Assembly (NCBI RefSeq): GCF_009914755.1 | Contig: NC_060941.1 | DNA: 64,000 nucleotides | Origin: the human T2T-CHM13v2.0 reference genome, Homo sapiens | Strand: one strand, 5' to 3' | Part shown: piece by piece, positions 46,815 through 59,356 of the stretch | How positions within the stretch are numbered: the first letter of the stretch is position 1 | Layout: each line of letters opens with the position of its first letter | Program-made: the position numbers and the translations under genes | Notes under the pieces: model-generated | The model's input: only the letters and a program-made list of their open reading frames with translations | Database searches by the model: none | What the model was told of the DNA's origin: nothing

Positions 46815-49800
46815 AAATATAATTTTGGGATGAATTTATAAAGATGTATTCTACTTCAATGTATGCATTATTACACCAAACAGATTCCCAACATTCTATC
46901 AATCAATCATTCTTATGGTCACAAACATTTGCTTCCCAAAAATATTTATAAAATTCTGTTTGTCAGCCCCATCATATATATTTTGGATCTGTCCTATCTT
47001 ACTACCTAGGAAACCAAAGCCCAAAAGAAGTACCAATTCTCTGTCTACCTACAAACACACACGTATACAGCACTAACTTGCAAATAAGAGTATGCTGGGA
47101 AAGAAAAGAGAGAAAGGATAGTCTACCACATGTCATGAAACAGACTTGCTTAATTTCACTCTTTATGGGGAATAAAGTGTTAAAAATAACCCAAACAGCT
47201 GAGATGAGAGGCAATACTTTTGGTTATTCATTTGTTTTTATTTCCAACTCCTCATCTGTTATACAACTTTGGCCTTTTAAAAATGAACTTATTTGTAAAT
47301 AAGAATAATGAGTTGGCAACTGGATTCAGGTCTGGCCATTTTACCTGAGTGATGAAAAAATAAATGATGTAGCGGTCTGCGAAACCATCTGACTCCCCTT
47401 TGAAATCCTCTTGTTTCCTCCTGAGATTGTCTAATTATAGAGTAATGCTGGAAGTATTCTTCACTTGCAGATTAATTAGTTGATGCTTAAGTAGTTCTTT
47501 GAACATAAAAGGCAACATGTAAATCTAAGTGTAATCAATCATCCTCAAGCTAATGATCATTTAATTAGCGCTTTCTGCTAGTTTAACAGTCCATAAAGAA
47601 GAGGGCAATTTAGGGAAGGGTCTCCCACCATTGCAAAGAGGTAAGATGTAGCTATAACTAGAATGAAAAACAATGTTCAAAATGAAGGTTTTAACATTGG
47701 AAATAAATTGGAAATTGACTCTCCCTTCTTCTGGTGACTAACAGCCATGAGGGAACTGAAAATGAAGCTTATCTTTTAGTAGCATTTGCATATTTCCAGA
47801 ATTAGGAATCACAGTTTAAATTGGGCTTATCTAATGTTTTGTGGCAAAACCAAATACTTGAGGTGATATTTACAGGGCAGAAAAAAAAGTTAACTCTGGA
47901 GTGTTTGTAAATATTATGAAGGCTTAACTTCCTGCATTCTTGGTAAAATGGTTTCCTAACTAGGAAGTCATGTTCAAGTTGAAAGTTATATGATAAAGCT
48001 AGTTGTTTTGTAAAATACTTGTATTAGACTTTCTTACATGATTTTCTAATTATTTCTGTATTAATTCCCCTATTTGATTATATACGCAAAGCCAGGTGCC
48101 TTGCCTATTTCCAGCCTTATTCAGCTAAGAGTCAGCGTTCATTAAGTGAGTGTATCAATGAACAAATAATAACTAGAAATATACCTACACAATTAACATG
48201 AGAAAATGTGGCTTTGGGTATAAAAATTATTCTTCTAACTTAAAACATATTACGTCAAAGAAAATGTAAACAGTTCTGTTTGTCAATTAAGTCCCCACTC
48301 TAATGCTGGGCCGTTAACACAAACATCATCACAAAGAGATCATCCAGCCAACATGCTCAAGTTACCCAGCACTGCAAGGAGCCGTACTGGTTTATCTAAT
48401 CAATACCTGCATCACATGACTTTTTAAAGTCACAGTTTTCTCAACTATGAATTGGGGCAATTGCAACAGTTAAATGGAATGATCACAAAACCAAAGTAAT
48501 TATTTAATAGGTGTCAGCATTATTAACATCAGTTGATTTTTCTTTTTACATAATTTTAACTCAACAGAGAAAAAAATTTAAAACCTTGCTGAAAATACGT
48601 GTAGCCCTACCCTGCATGGACAAGAATTTGCTTTGCCAACTGATAATTCAAGTAGCACAAAAGCAACGTTAGAGATCAGCACTGACACCTCATGTTAGTA
48701 AGAGGCACACACCTCAAACCTAAGCTTTCAGGGATGTTGTAAAATTCATCATTTAAAAAGAGATTTTTAAAAAGGCAATAGCAGTTATGAAGATATATGT
48801 CACATTAGCTTTTTCTCAAAAGAAAAAAAAGATGCAAAGAATTTAACTGTGAAATAAATAGTATAATTAGGGTAATAGTAATACTATTTAAAATTTTATT
48901 CAAAAAAAGAAACACTTCAACAATAGTAGTAGATGAGTGTCTCAAAGTACTCAGACGTCTACCCTGTTTTTCAGAAGCATGTTTTTCATGTTCCTATCAG
49001 AACTCATGGAAGAATTTCTACATGCAATTTCTTCAAAAAAATCTCCACATCTAAATCTGACAAGACAGAAGTTTTGGGCAATCCTTACCAAATAGGCTGG
49101 TCATACAGCAGCACGCATTTGACTGTATTCCAAAACATGTGTCTTAAAAGGCTCTACTGAAATGGTCCCTGCAGAAGATGAATGCACACAATCTATATTA
49201 GACCCACAGGTAAAGCTTTGGATGCAAAAACCACATTCACCCTACAGTCTTTTGACAAAGGTTTTTCGTGACTTAGCCTCTGACTTCTCTTACTTCTTGA
49301 GCGGATTTAATACCATCGACTTCTACAGTGTATAAATAATCTTGGTCTATGCACCCAAAGTTATGTAAGACAGTAGAAAAGAACCTACCTCAATTTGAGT
49401 AAAACATCAGTTTTTAGAAAATCATGAATCTGTGTAAAGCAAGGCAGGAGAAAAGCAGATATTGCTAATACCAATAGATTAAAACTTACACTAAGAAAAA
49501 AAGCCACCACTTTGTAAATATTATATTGGATAAATCTGAAGTGGTGTCTAACACTATTCCTTGGCTCCTTTTCTGAATATGAATGCTTTCTGCATTTTCT
49601 TAAAATTATGAGAATTTTTGAAAACTCCAAAAACAGAACAAAATTTTTATCATTGCTGATTTATTCTCAAGCTTTCCCTCTTCTAAGAAAACAAAAGAGG
49701 AAAAATAAAAACAATATATAACAAATAAACAAACCTAAGCCATAGATGCTGAATTCTGCTACAGTTATCATTTTGTAGAAGGATGAGTAAAACAAGATAA

Positions 49801-51291
49801 AACACGTGAGTGTTCATTTACAGAAGTTACAAGCTTTATGAAATGCAAAGGAGCTGTATTTTACCACAGGAAGCCAAGTGAAATAGGGTGAAACAGAAGT
49901 CGATCATATTCAAATAATTAAAATACAAATACATTTCATGAAGACTCTGATTCCAGACCTCTGCTCTCACTGTCTTCCACCCCCTTTTATTGGAATCTCT
50001 GAAACCATTTTGCTTGGGGCAGAAAGTAGATTTTAGTATAGTAGGAAAAATGCCAAACATCCATGGCAACTTAGAATTTTTCCACTTTCTTTACATGTTC
50101 AATTGAGACCTTCATAAAATTATAAATGAAAGGATACATTATGAGCACTTTCTTTGAAGGGGAAAAAGAGGGTGGGGGGAGGCCTTGCCTGGAAGTAAAA
50201 TTTTGGAGTCTATATCCTTCTTCTCTGCAGAACTCTTGGGAGCTTTCTCTGCCAACAGCAGGACCCCTAAAAAAAGCTTGCCTTTGCCTTCAGAATTCAA
50301 AAAAGTAGAACCACCAGTTGCTCCCCTGACCGTGGGTGAGACGTTGATCACTAGGTGGGGACTGGAAAGTCCTGGGCTCCACTTTCTTGTCCCTCAAGGA
50401 CTGAGGTCAGTGTGTCTTGGCGCCTTATATCCACTCTCTCCATCCTCCCGCATTCCCTCCCCCTCAACCAGGGATTCACTCCTGTTTACACTGGGGAGAC
50501 TGTAACTTCTGTTTCTTAACGTTTAAAAGAAGTTTAAAAGCTTATAAAAAGGCTCTTAAGATTTCTTGGACACCAATCACTTCTTACAGAACAATATTTT
50601 GATGAGTTAAGTGTAAATGAATCAGAAACCTATGTATTAAATTTCCCTTGACATGAACATCAATTTAAAATATTAATGGAAAAAATGCCCAGGGCTCGAA
50701 GTGTTGGGGGTTTTCTCAAACCCAAAATGCTTGAACGTGGAGTGGAAATCCATTCAGATCAACCAGATTTGCTGATCCTCCCTCTCAACCTCCCCTAGAT
50801 TGTAATTACCGTGGAGGGAGTAGTATTTCCAGCTATTGACCATCTGGCTGGGGATAGATCACATTCCTGGTCATTATGCTTGCATCTCAGCAGAAGCCCA
50901 AGGCTGGGCTGAGGCTGTTGAGATGTCCAGCCGCTGTTCACAGAAGGCTGACCCTAAAAGCTGCCTTTTTTCTTTTTTTTTTTTGACCAAGGAAACTAAA
51001 TAAACAATCACAGAAGATCATAAATCACTGACAAAGATATTTAGATTTGCAACAGCCCTCAAAAACAGAATGTGCCACAATTTATCCCTCAAAGATTAAC
51101 TCAATCCTGGGTCCTATAATTGTGCATCCCATGACTTCTGATGATAAATGACACAAGGGTCAAAACTTGAGAATTGGTAGGTGTTTTTGTTTTGTTTTGT
51201 TTTAAATATTGACTCTGGGTCCAAGAAAACACCCAGAGGAACAGAAGCAACCCAAAATCCTGAAATCAGACTTGTTCCCTAAAATCATCAC

Positions 51292-51409
51292 TCTCTCTAT
51301 ATATATTTATGTATATTTTTAATATATAATACATATGTATTTTATATATTATATATAAAATATATATTTTATATATTATGTATATATTTTTATATATATT
51401 ATATATACA
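51292..51409. repeat. (CT)n then TA-rich low-complexity tract abutting an Alu tail
   Basis: Directly visible. Confidence 0.9.
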
Positions 51410-51705
51410 TTTTTTTTTTTTTTGGAGACAGAGTCTCACTCTGTTGCCCAGGCTGGAGTGCAGTGGTGCAATCTTGGCTCACTGCAACCTCTGCCTCCTG
51501 TGTTCAAGCGATACTTCTGCCTCAGCCTCCCCAGTAGCTGAGACTACAGGCACCCACCACCACGCCCAGCTGATTTTTTGTATTTTTAGTCGAGACGGGG
51601 TTTCACCGTGTTAGTCAGGATGGTCTCCATCTCCTGACCTCGTGATCTGCCTGCCTCGACCTCCCAAAGTGCTAGGTTTACAGGCGTGAGTCACCGTGCC
51701 CAGCC
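51410..51705 (-). mobile_element. AluSc-like, antisense
   Basis: Poly-T, full dimer ending GTGCCCAGCC. Confidence 0.96.
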
Positions 51706-53459
51706 CTGTTTTTTTAAGTTGGTTTTTCATCTCTGTTTTGTTTTGTGAACGGATGACCACACACACTAGGTTGAGTGACAAAATAAGGAGATGGAACCAA
51801 GCGAAAGAGATGTCAAGCCTCTCCTCTTTGGTCACGTTAGCTAATCTGAACATTTGGGACCTGTGTCACAGATACTACAACTATGAACAATTGCTAACTT
51901 CTTGGTGAAACACAGCATGTGTCCAGCGCTTCAAAAGTATTATTGGGAGCATGTCTGCCTAATCTTCAACCCAACACTCATTCTAGTAACACACATGAAA
52001 GGGTTCTGTGAACTCTCATAAACTATCCCCACATAAACTGTTTTTACTATTATTTTCAAAAGTCATATCCCTCACCCGCTTAAGGACAGCTTAACAGTTC
52101 TCAGTGCTTTAGAAGATGCCCTTATTCACCTCTATCTCAGGAGGGGTGAGGACCCAAGAGTTCCCTTCTAATGGGATATTTTCCCTTGCTCATTCCTTCT
52201 CAGAGACACTCTCTCAAAGGTTTGGCAGGGTCTGGTGGTCAGGGAAGAGTGCATCTTTACAGAAACATACCTTTTAAAAACAGTGTTCAGCCTTGTCCTA
52301 CTCAAGGCACATGCTGGATATATGTTTGTTGAATGGCTAAGTCAATGAGTGAAAGAATGAAAAAGCCATACCTCTTTTACAATAAATTTGCATAGACGAA
52401 TGAAAAATTAAAAGACTGTCAGAGACAGGTACAGCACAAATTGCCCCCACCTCAACTAGCCATCCCTTCAACTCCAACCCCTCCCACCACAGAAGATGAT
52501 TAGGGTTTTTTAGGAAAAAAAGAGAAGCTGTACAGCAATGACACACCCCAAAGACAGCACACTAAGATTCCTTTGCTTTATATTGTTTATAATGTTTAAC
52601 CTCTCTGGTGGCCACCAGTTCTTAAAAGCTCCTAAGCATTTTCACAGAAAATATAAGAGGAAAACCAGCAATAGTAACAACGTCAATGGTGCCGGCAGAC
52701 ACAGAAAGACTCAGAAAAATATGGAGGCTCTAGGATGCCTGATAACAAGTCTCAGTTCCTAAAATGAGATCTGGGGACTGGAGAAAGTGTTATCAACCAA
52801 GACAAGGAATAGGATAGACATCAGAAGTGCCCAATTCCAACACATTTTCTCAGACTCCTTTCCTAGGCAAACCTGATGAATGTGCAGACATAAATAGATA
52901 GATAGTCCTACCATAAATTGATCTCTTTTTATCCTAAGTAATCAAGGTCCAGTCATTTCCCTCAAGCTGGGCTTCTCTTGCTCTCTCTGGAGATTCAGCA
53001 TAAACATGTCCTTGAAGTTTTGCTCAGGTAGATGAAGGTGGCAGAAAGCATGCAGCTACTGGGGTTAGTGGCTGTCCCCTGATTAAGTGCAAAGGTGGAG
53101 ACCCATAGTTTATCCCCAGAAAGTTTCCATGCTTTCCCCTGGCATTTTCTCTCAAGCTTTTACAAGCCTTGTTCAGGGAGTGAAAACTCATTTTAAAGGT
53201 AGTTTAGACCCACCCTTCCCTTAAGGGAAATTTCTATGCAGGGGGAAAGCAAGCAAAACAAAACAAAAGTTACACTTCAAAGCCTTACAAGATAACCACA
53301 GGGAGAAGGCTAAGTCCTCCCAGTTACTCAGCCCTCCCCTGTGCTAATTGCAGGAGGTAGAGCCTGACTGTATTATTATTTGCATACTTGATCAGAAGAA
53401 GGGCCACAGAAGGAGGTCTAGAAGCTCAGCTGGTGTTTGACTGACATCTTTTAGGACTT

Positions 53460-54160
53460 GGACCCCACCGCCCACCCCCGCAACCAACACCACCACCAGT
53501 CCAGGACCTTATGTAATATTGCCACAGACTGATTCCCGTTGCCTTTGATATGCAACCTGTGCCTACAGTCAGCTCTCAGGGCTAAAGAAAACAGTCAGCT
53601 CCTGCGGCATCTGATTTGCCTCCTGCCCTCGCTGCTGTTAATCTGCAACACGCCGCAGCCTCTAGATCGCTGCCGTTCAGAGTCGGATGTCATGGGGGCG
53701 ACTGGCAGGGGTTCTTTCTTCTTTCGGTTTGATACATCCTTCCTTCCGCTGCTCCTCGCAATCAACCGCTAGGGGAAGGAGGGAAGCAGGCAGGAGGGAG
53801 AGCGGGAGACTTCCGGAAATCCCTTTCCTCCCTTCCCTTCACAGGTTGCCCCATAGTGACCCTGGAGACTCCCGCCTGCCCCCAGTGAAGGAATTGGTTA
53901 CTCTCCCAGAGCCCTCCCGGGCATCGCCCCCTTCCTCACTTCCTCCTCTTCCTGCCCCCAGCCTCTACCCCTCCAGCCTCCTGTGGCTTCACAGGCAAGT
54001 GCCGCATCCCAGGAAGAAGGAGTTGGAGCTCCGTGATGGTGAGCTTTCAGACTTCCCCCTACAACCCCCGCCTCCCCAAAGGCACAGAGGCAAGCAGTGG
54101 CTTCCCTGGTATCATTTGTGGATCTAGGAGCATGAGGGAGCTATCGAAGACGGCATGTAG
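53460..54160. promoter_or_regulatory. CpG-enriched, promoter/enhancer-like non-repeat patch
   Basis: About 25 CpGs in 700 bp by hand count (15 in 53530-53820), far above the flanks; ETS motif CCGGAAGT on minus strand at 53809-53816; splice-donor-like ATG|GTGAGC at 54038/54039. Confidence 0.6.
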
Positions 54161-55754
54161 CCTGTTCTTCTTTCTCTTAGTAAACAATAATATCTAAATG
54201 TGCTAGAGGGAAAATACTTTTTAATTTATACTTTAAAACTGGTTTAGATTTTGAATGTATAGTCTGTTTTCCTGGAGTCCAATTGTAACATGAACCCCAA
54301 ACCTAGGAGTTCTGTTTTTATACATCAGGAAGGGGACCAACCCACTCACCCATCCACCCATCTTTCAACTCACCCACCCACTCTTGTTTATAACTGCATA
54401 GTGGTTTATTTTGCCAGCACTAAACTATGCAGCTTGTTTCCCCTTTGCCAGCCTCTGCAGACAGAAAGCAAAGGCTGATCATTCTCAATTGACATGTGCA
54501 CCCCTACTCTGAAGCTACAGCTGGATGACACCTCAGACAAATGCACTCATACATAAAAGTTTTTCTGCATGTTTTCGTTTTTGATTCTTTTATTGGAAGC
54601 ATTTTTATGGCTGGGAGGTAGGTGCACATCCATTACAGTGAGGGGTCAGATATTAGAATACTTACGGTGCTTATAATTTTAATAGGATCACCCCCCTCAT
54701 CCCTCATTGCCAATCAATTTCACTCTGTTTCAGGGTCACAGATCATACCCCTAATCCTGGCCAGTTGTCTCACCAATGTGTGTCACAAGCGGCCTGGGGC
54801 AAGAAAGTATAGATGACCCAGCATAACCGTTGCTTCTATTGCAAAGGGTACATCCTACAAAGAGCAGAACACGATTAGAGGCAGGCATAATTGCAGGCAC
54901 TAAATTAGCATGGGTCTCTCAGCCAGGGGCTAATCTAAGCCAGACCTCACGTCATGGCAGGCCATGAGTACATCGCAATTACAATTCAAAAGAAAAGAGA
55001 AAAATCACCCTTGATTCTCAAATGTTTATTTTTAACACGGCAGATACTTAGCAATTATATCAGAGGCTGAGGCATCTGGAGTAAGCAAGAAAGGTGATTT
55101 GGGTTAATAATCTTTGAAAGGCTAAAGGATTTTCAATGTATGTATAAGACTGAGCCCTGTGCATGCTCCCCATTCTCTCCCTGACATCAGCCACATCCAC
55201 CCCACCTCTGCCGCTACACGTTGGTGCTACCCAAGGTCTCCATTCACGCACTGTCCCTCTGCATCTCATGCTTCATCCGGGCCCTCCTCTGACCTGACCT
55301 TACCTGGCTGACTTAGTGCCCCAATTCTCTAAAACATGGAGAGATGGAACTGGTAGCTTGAACCCTCCCAGTTCCATCTCTTCCCTTTGTAAGTTTTCCC
55401 GGTGCCCTTGGGCCCCATGTTTCTAGACTATGCCCTAACACAGAGCCTTTAAAGCTTACTTCCACATGAAGGCAGAAATCAATCTTGGGCGGCCAAAACA
55501 CATATGCTTTCTCAGTGGTAGGCTTAGGAGTGATTTTTTTTCTCTACAATCAACATGTATTAATTTTACATTCAAAAATTGTGTGTGCGTCTGTGTTTAT
55601 TCGGTTTCAAAATCCAGTATACAACAAACTTTGCTTCTCCTGGCTTTTTAAACTCTTTTCACATGCCATAGTCCTGGTTCACCAGTGCAATTAATTTGCC
55701 TTTGAATTTGCCACTGGGGTTCTTTTTGGTCGGCGGGGGGCTGTAGGTCGGGGT

Positions 55755-56009
55755 CAGAGTCTTGCTCTGTCACCCAGGCTGGAGTGCAGTGGCATGATCA
55801 TAGCTCACTGTAGCCTCAAACTCTCAAGTTCAAGCAATCCTCCCACCTCAGCCTCCTGAGTGGCTGAAATTACAGGCACAAGCCACCATGCCTAACTAAG
55901 TTTTTAATTTTTTTGTATTGACAGGGTCTTGCTATGTTGCCCAGGCTGGTCTCAAACTTGTGGCCTCAAGTGTTCCTCCTGCCTCAGCCTCCCAAAGCAC
56001 TGAGATTAC
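55755..56009 (-). mobile_element. AluJ-type, antisense, 5'-truncated
   Basis: J diagnostics GATCATAGCTCACTGTAGCCTCAAACTC and GTCTTGCTATGTTGCCCAGG; G-rich sequence in place of most of the tail. Confidence 0.92.
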
Positions 56010-56871
56010 CCTGCGTTTTTGTTTTTGTTTGCTTTTTTATTAATCAAAGTAGAAATCACAGACCCATTGTATTTCTACAGGTGAAATCATTACAATGTTG
56101 CCAGGGATTAATTTCTATGAGTGGATGAGAGGTCTCTTTTTCACAGTTTTCTTTTTGTCAGGGGACTACTGCCCTGATAAAACTTAGGCCTTCCCTGGCT
56201 AGGACATAGTAACCCTTCCAGCCATATTATAATGAATTTTGTAAAACTTGGCCAAACATTAGGCTGTACTGGAATGTTACCTTTTTAAATTTCAGAATAA
56301 ATAGGCTATCAGCAGGATCACGGACAAGTTTTGATCATACAGAGACAGCCATTGTAATAGGACTTTTTCTGTGTTAATATAATGATTTAATAAAGCCATT
56401 TGGCACATAAATAAGACTCTCTTAGACCAAGCATTCTTAACAATGAGAGAATTGAGATCAGCCTATAGGGTGTATTAGCAAAAGTGTCTTTTCTAGCTTT
56501 AGTAAAACTCTTCCATCTGTTTAGCAATAATTTTATTATTCTGTATTAAAAACCCTCCTGAAATAGATGTGGTAAAAAACGCTCTGCCCCTGTTATGATA
56601 CTTTCCAAACAAGCTTAAAATTGCTCAGAAACAAAAGGCAGGAGAAAAAAGAAAGGGCAGTGTCTCCAGATAATGAAGTTCTGCCTTTGTGTTTTATCTG
56701 TAAAACAGTACGGTTTGAAAAGTCTGGATCCCATTTCATCTGAACGCAACATAAATGTAGTGCCTGGAATCCTCCCAAATGAATAAATTCTTTTCTGATA
56801 ATTTTTAAGTGAGGAAAGATCAACAGGATAGGGGCATGAGGTGGGGGGCGGGGCAGGGGGGATTATAGGCT

Positions 56872-56872
<1 letters not shown>

Positions 56873-56914
<42 letters not shown>
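56873..56914. repeat. (GT)21 microsatellite
   Basis: Directly visible, uninterrupted. Confidence 0.98.
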
Positions 56915-56916
<2 letters not shown>

Positions 56917-57466
56917 TTAGCAGGACAATTGGGAGAGTTCTGGACATAATTTTTTTCTTTTCTTTTTCTTTTTGGTGAACGATGCTGAATTTTGTCTCTC
57001 TTTCTTGAAAAACCTTAATAGATTTGTGTGTTTGTTGACCAAGTGCTCTTTTTCATTCCTATTCAGCTTGCCTGTCCCATCCCAAGTATACTTGCCTCAG
57101 ATGGCAACATGACAAAGCTCCCTTCCTTCTCTCGAATGGTTTGCAAGCTTCTGGTCTTCTTTTTCTTCTCCCTGGATTGTGCACAAAATTATGTCAATTT
57201 ATGGTGGGGTAAGGGGATACTCCATGGGCCACTTATCTCTTTAATTTTCCTCCATGTTGTGAGGTCTTGCTGAGCGCAGTCTGCAACTTCTGGAGTGATG
57301 AAGAGAACAAAAAGCTGTAGGCCTGTCACACTAACTTTCAGGATTGAGGTTACCAAAGAGGAACTGTGTAATTTCTTTATATAAATGGCTTAACCAGACC
57401 TCAAAAAGTCCTGCAATGAACACAGTTCTCTTTCGGGCTTAATGTTCTCACTTTGCTTCTTTGTTT

Positions 57467-57488
57467 AAAAAAAAAAAAAAAAAAAAAA
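57467..57488. repeat. A22 homopolymer
   Basis: Directly visible. Confidence 0.9.
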
Positions 57489-58157
57489 GGTTGGGGGGAG
57501 GAAAAAAGGCCATTGATCCTCCTCTTCCTTTGACCACTGGAAGAAAGGTAGAGAAAAAGAAAAAGAAAATTAACAAAGAAAGGACCCATGTCCCTCCTGC
57601 TTCCCCCTCCTCTCCCCATCCACAGGCAAAATCTAATAACAATGATTAAATTACATGTCTTTTCCTCCCATTGAAATCCACTGCATACTATTCAAATATT
57701 AGAACTCAGGAAATAAGGCAGGACAAGGTCCCTCATGAAACCTTAGAAGGCAGCACAGGGGTTTGAGCTGGAGGTCTGCTTGGCTGGGCAGCTCTAATTA
57801 AGAAATCACCCTGCTGAGCAGAACTTAATCTAAATAAAATATAAAAAGGAATCCAGTGAAAACCATTACCTCCCCACCCCACCTCCTCACACACCTCACA
57901 TCCATAGGCCCTGTTTCCCTAGTCCTAGGAACTCTCCCTCCCATCACCTGGGAGTTCGATGTTGTTCTATGTGCCCCACAGTACAATCAAAAGTGAATTC
58001 TCAGCTCTAGAAGAGGAAGCTATGTCTTGTGCTGGCCTCTTGCTGTTTGGCTGGCCTTTCACAGGGCCAGAGGCAGATTTAGTCAATGTTGTTTTGGTTT
58101 GGAGGGGTATATGAAATGGAGATTTGACCAAGGAATGATTAAAGAGCTGGTTATTTG

Positions 58158-58355
58158 CTATAGTTAACAAGGTATTGTGTATTTCAAAATACCTAGAAGA
58201 GAGGACCTGAGATGTTCCACACATAGAAATGATAAAGACTAATGGTTATGGACACTTCAAATACTCCGATGTGACCATTACACAGTCTATGCATGTAACG
58301 AAATATAATAGCTACCCCATAAATAAGTACAAATATTTGGATCAATTTTTAAAAA
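58158..58355 (+). mobile_element. L1MA (L1MA4/5-like) 3' terminal fragment
   Basis: CTATAGTTAACAA..TATTGTGTATTTCAAAATACCTAGAAGAGAGGA...CATTACACA...ACCCCATAAATA. Confidence 0.85.
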
Positions 58356-58921
58356 GCAAAGATTAAAAAAAAGAGTTGACCATCTGGTCAGCCCTTCTAT
58401 TCTTAACACAATGAACTGCCAACCCACAGCCTCTCTGCAGGCTAACTGGGTTCTTCTTGCCTGTCCACCAACTGCATTTGATGGAGTAGCCACCTGAGAG
58501 CAAAGTCCACATCTGTTTAACTTGATGTTGTTCACTATACTTGTACTAATTAGTCCTTTATGCTGTATTGAATCAGCCTCAGACCTCTGCCCCACCCCCC
58601 GTCCTGGGTGCTCCCTCTGATGTTGGGTGACATTTATTTAGCTTCATTTCCCACTGTCCTCCATAGAAATCTGTTCTGTGTTCTCATTGATCTCACTGTT
58701 GACCCCATGAGTGTGCTGTTCTCTACATTACACCTTTGTGACTTTGCATGGGCTGCCATGTCCGCCCATGGTAGTGGTTTTTAAGCTGTTGAAAACCTGT
58801 TGAAAGAGATAAACTCTATCCCTAAGGTGGGAAAAGCACACATATGTACATAAACACAGGGTTTTGCCAGCAATTTCAGGGAGTAGCTCACTCTCTAAGG
58901 AGTATGTGATTATCACCTTGA

Positions 58922-59042
58922 CCCATTTATGCCTGAGGTTGCAATTTTTGCAATCAGATCTTGGTGATGATCTTGAGCAGTAGGATATAAATAACTCCCA
59001 CATGCTTAGCATTCCAATAATGGAACACTAGGCGTAAGTGAG
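58922..59042. mobile_element. MER85 (piggyBac PGBD3-derived MITE)
   Basis: CCCATTTATGCCTGAGGTTGCAATTTTT...GAGCAGTAGGATATAAATAACTCCCACATGCTTAGCATTCCAATAATGGAACACTAGGC; 13-bp TIRs; flanks TTGA/TCAA in place of TTAA. Confidence 0.92.
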
Positions 59043-59356
59043 TCAAACTCTTGAGATCAATTTTTCTGTCTTTTCTCCTCCCATTTTGGGAAAACTCCTA
59101 CTTATCCTCAAGGAGAGCTCCACAAAGTTTGCAGACTCCTGCTCTGTGCTCCTTGATGTCTTTTGTCTGTAAGGCCAGTACACCACTTACCACAGTGCAA
59201 TAATCATTTGTTTGAGTGTCCATCTTCCTCTAGACCAAAGGGGGCAAATGTTCTCTTAAAAGTGCCAGATAGTAAAGATTTTTAGGCTTTGTAGGTCATA
59301 TGGTCTCTGTGGCAACTACTCATGTCTGCTGTTTTTGCAAAAGCAACCATAGATGA

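Noticed and set aside
53687-54127. 146-aa Pro-rich ORF in the CpG-rich patch
   Set aside because: Long open frames are expected in GC-rich DNA; no recognisable domain. Kept only as part of the promoter-like finding.
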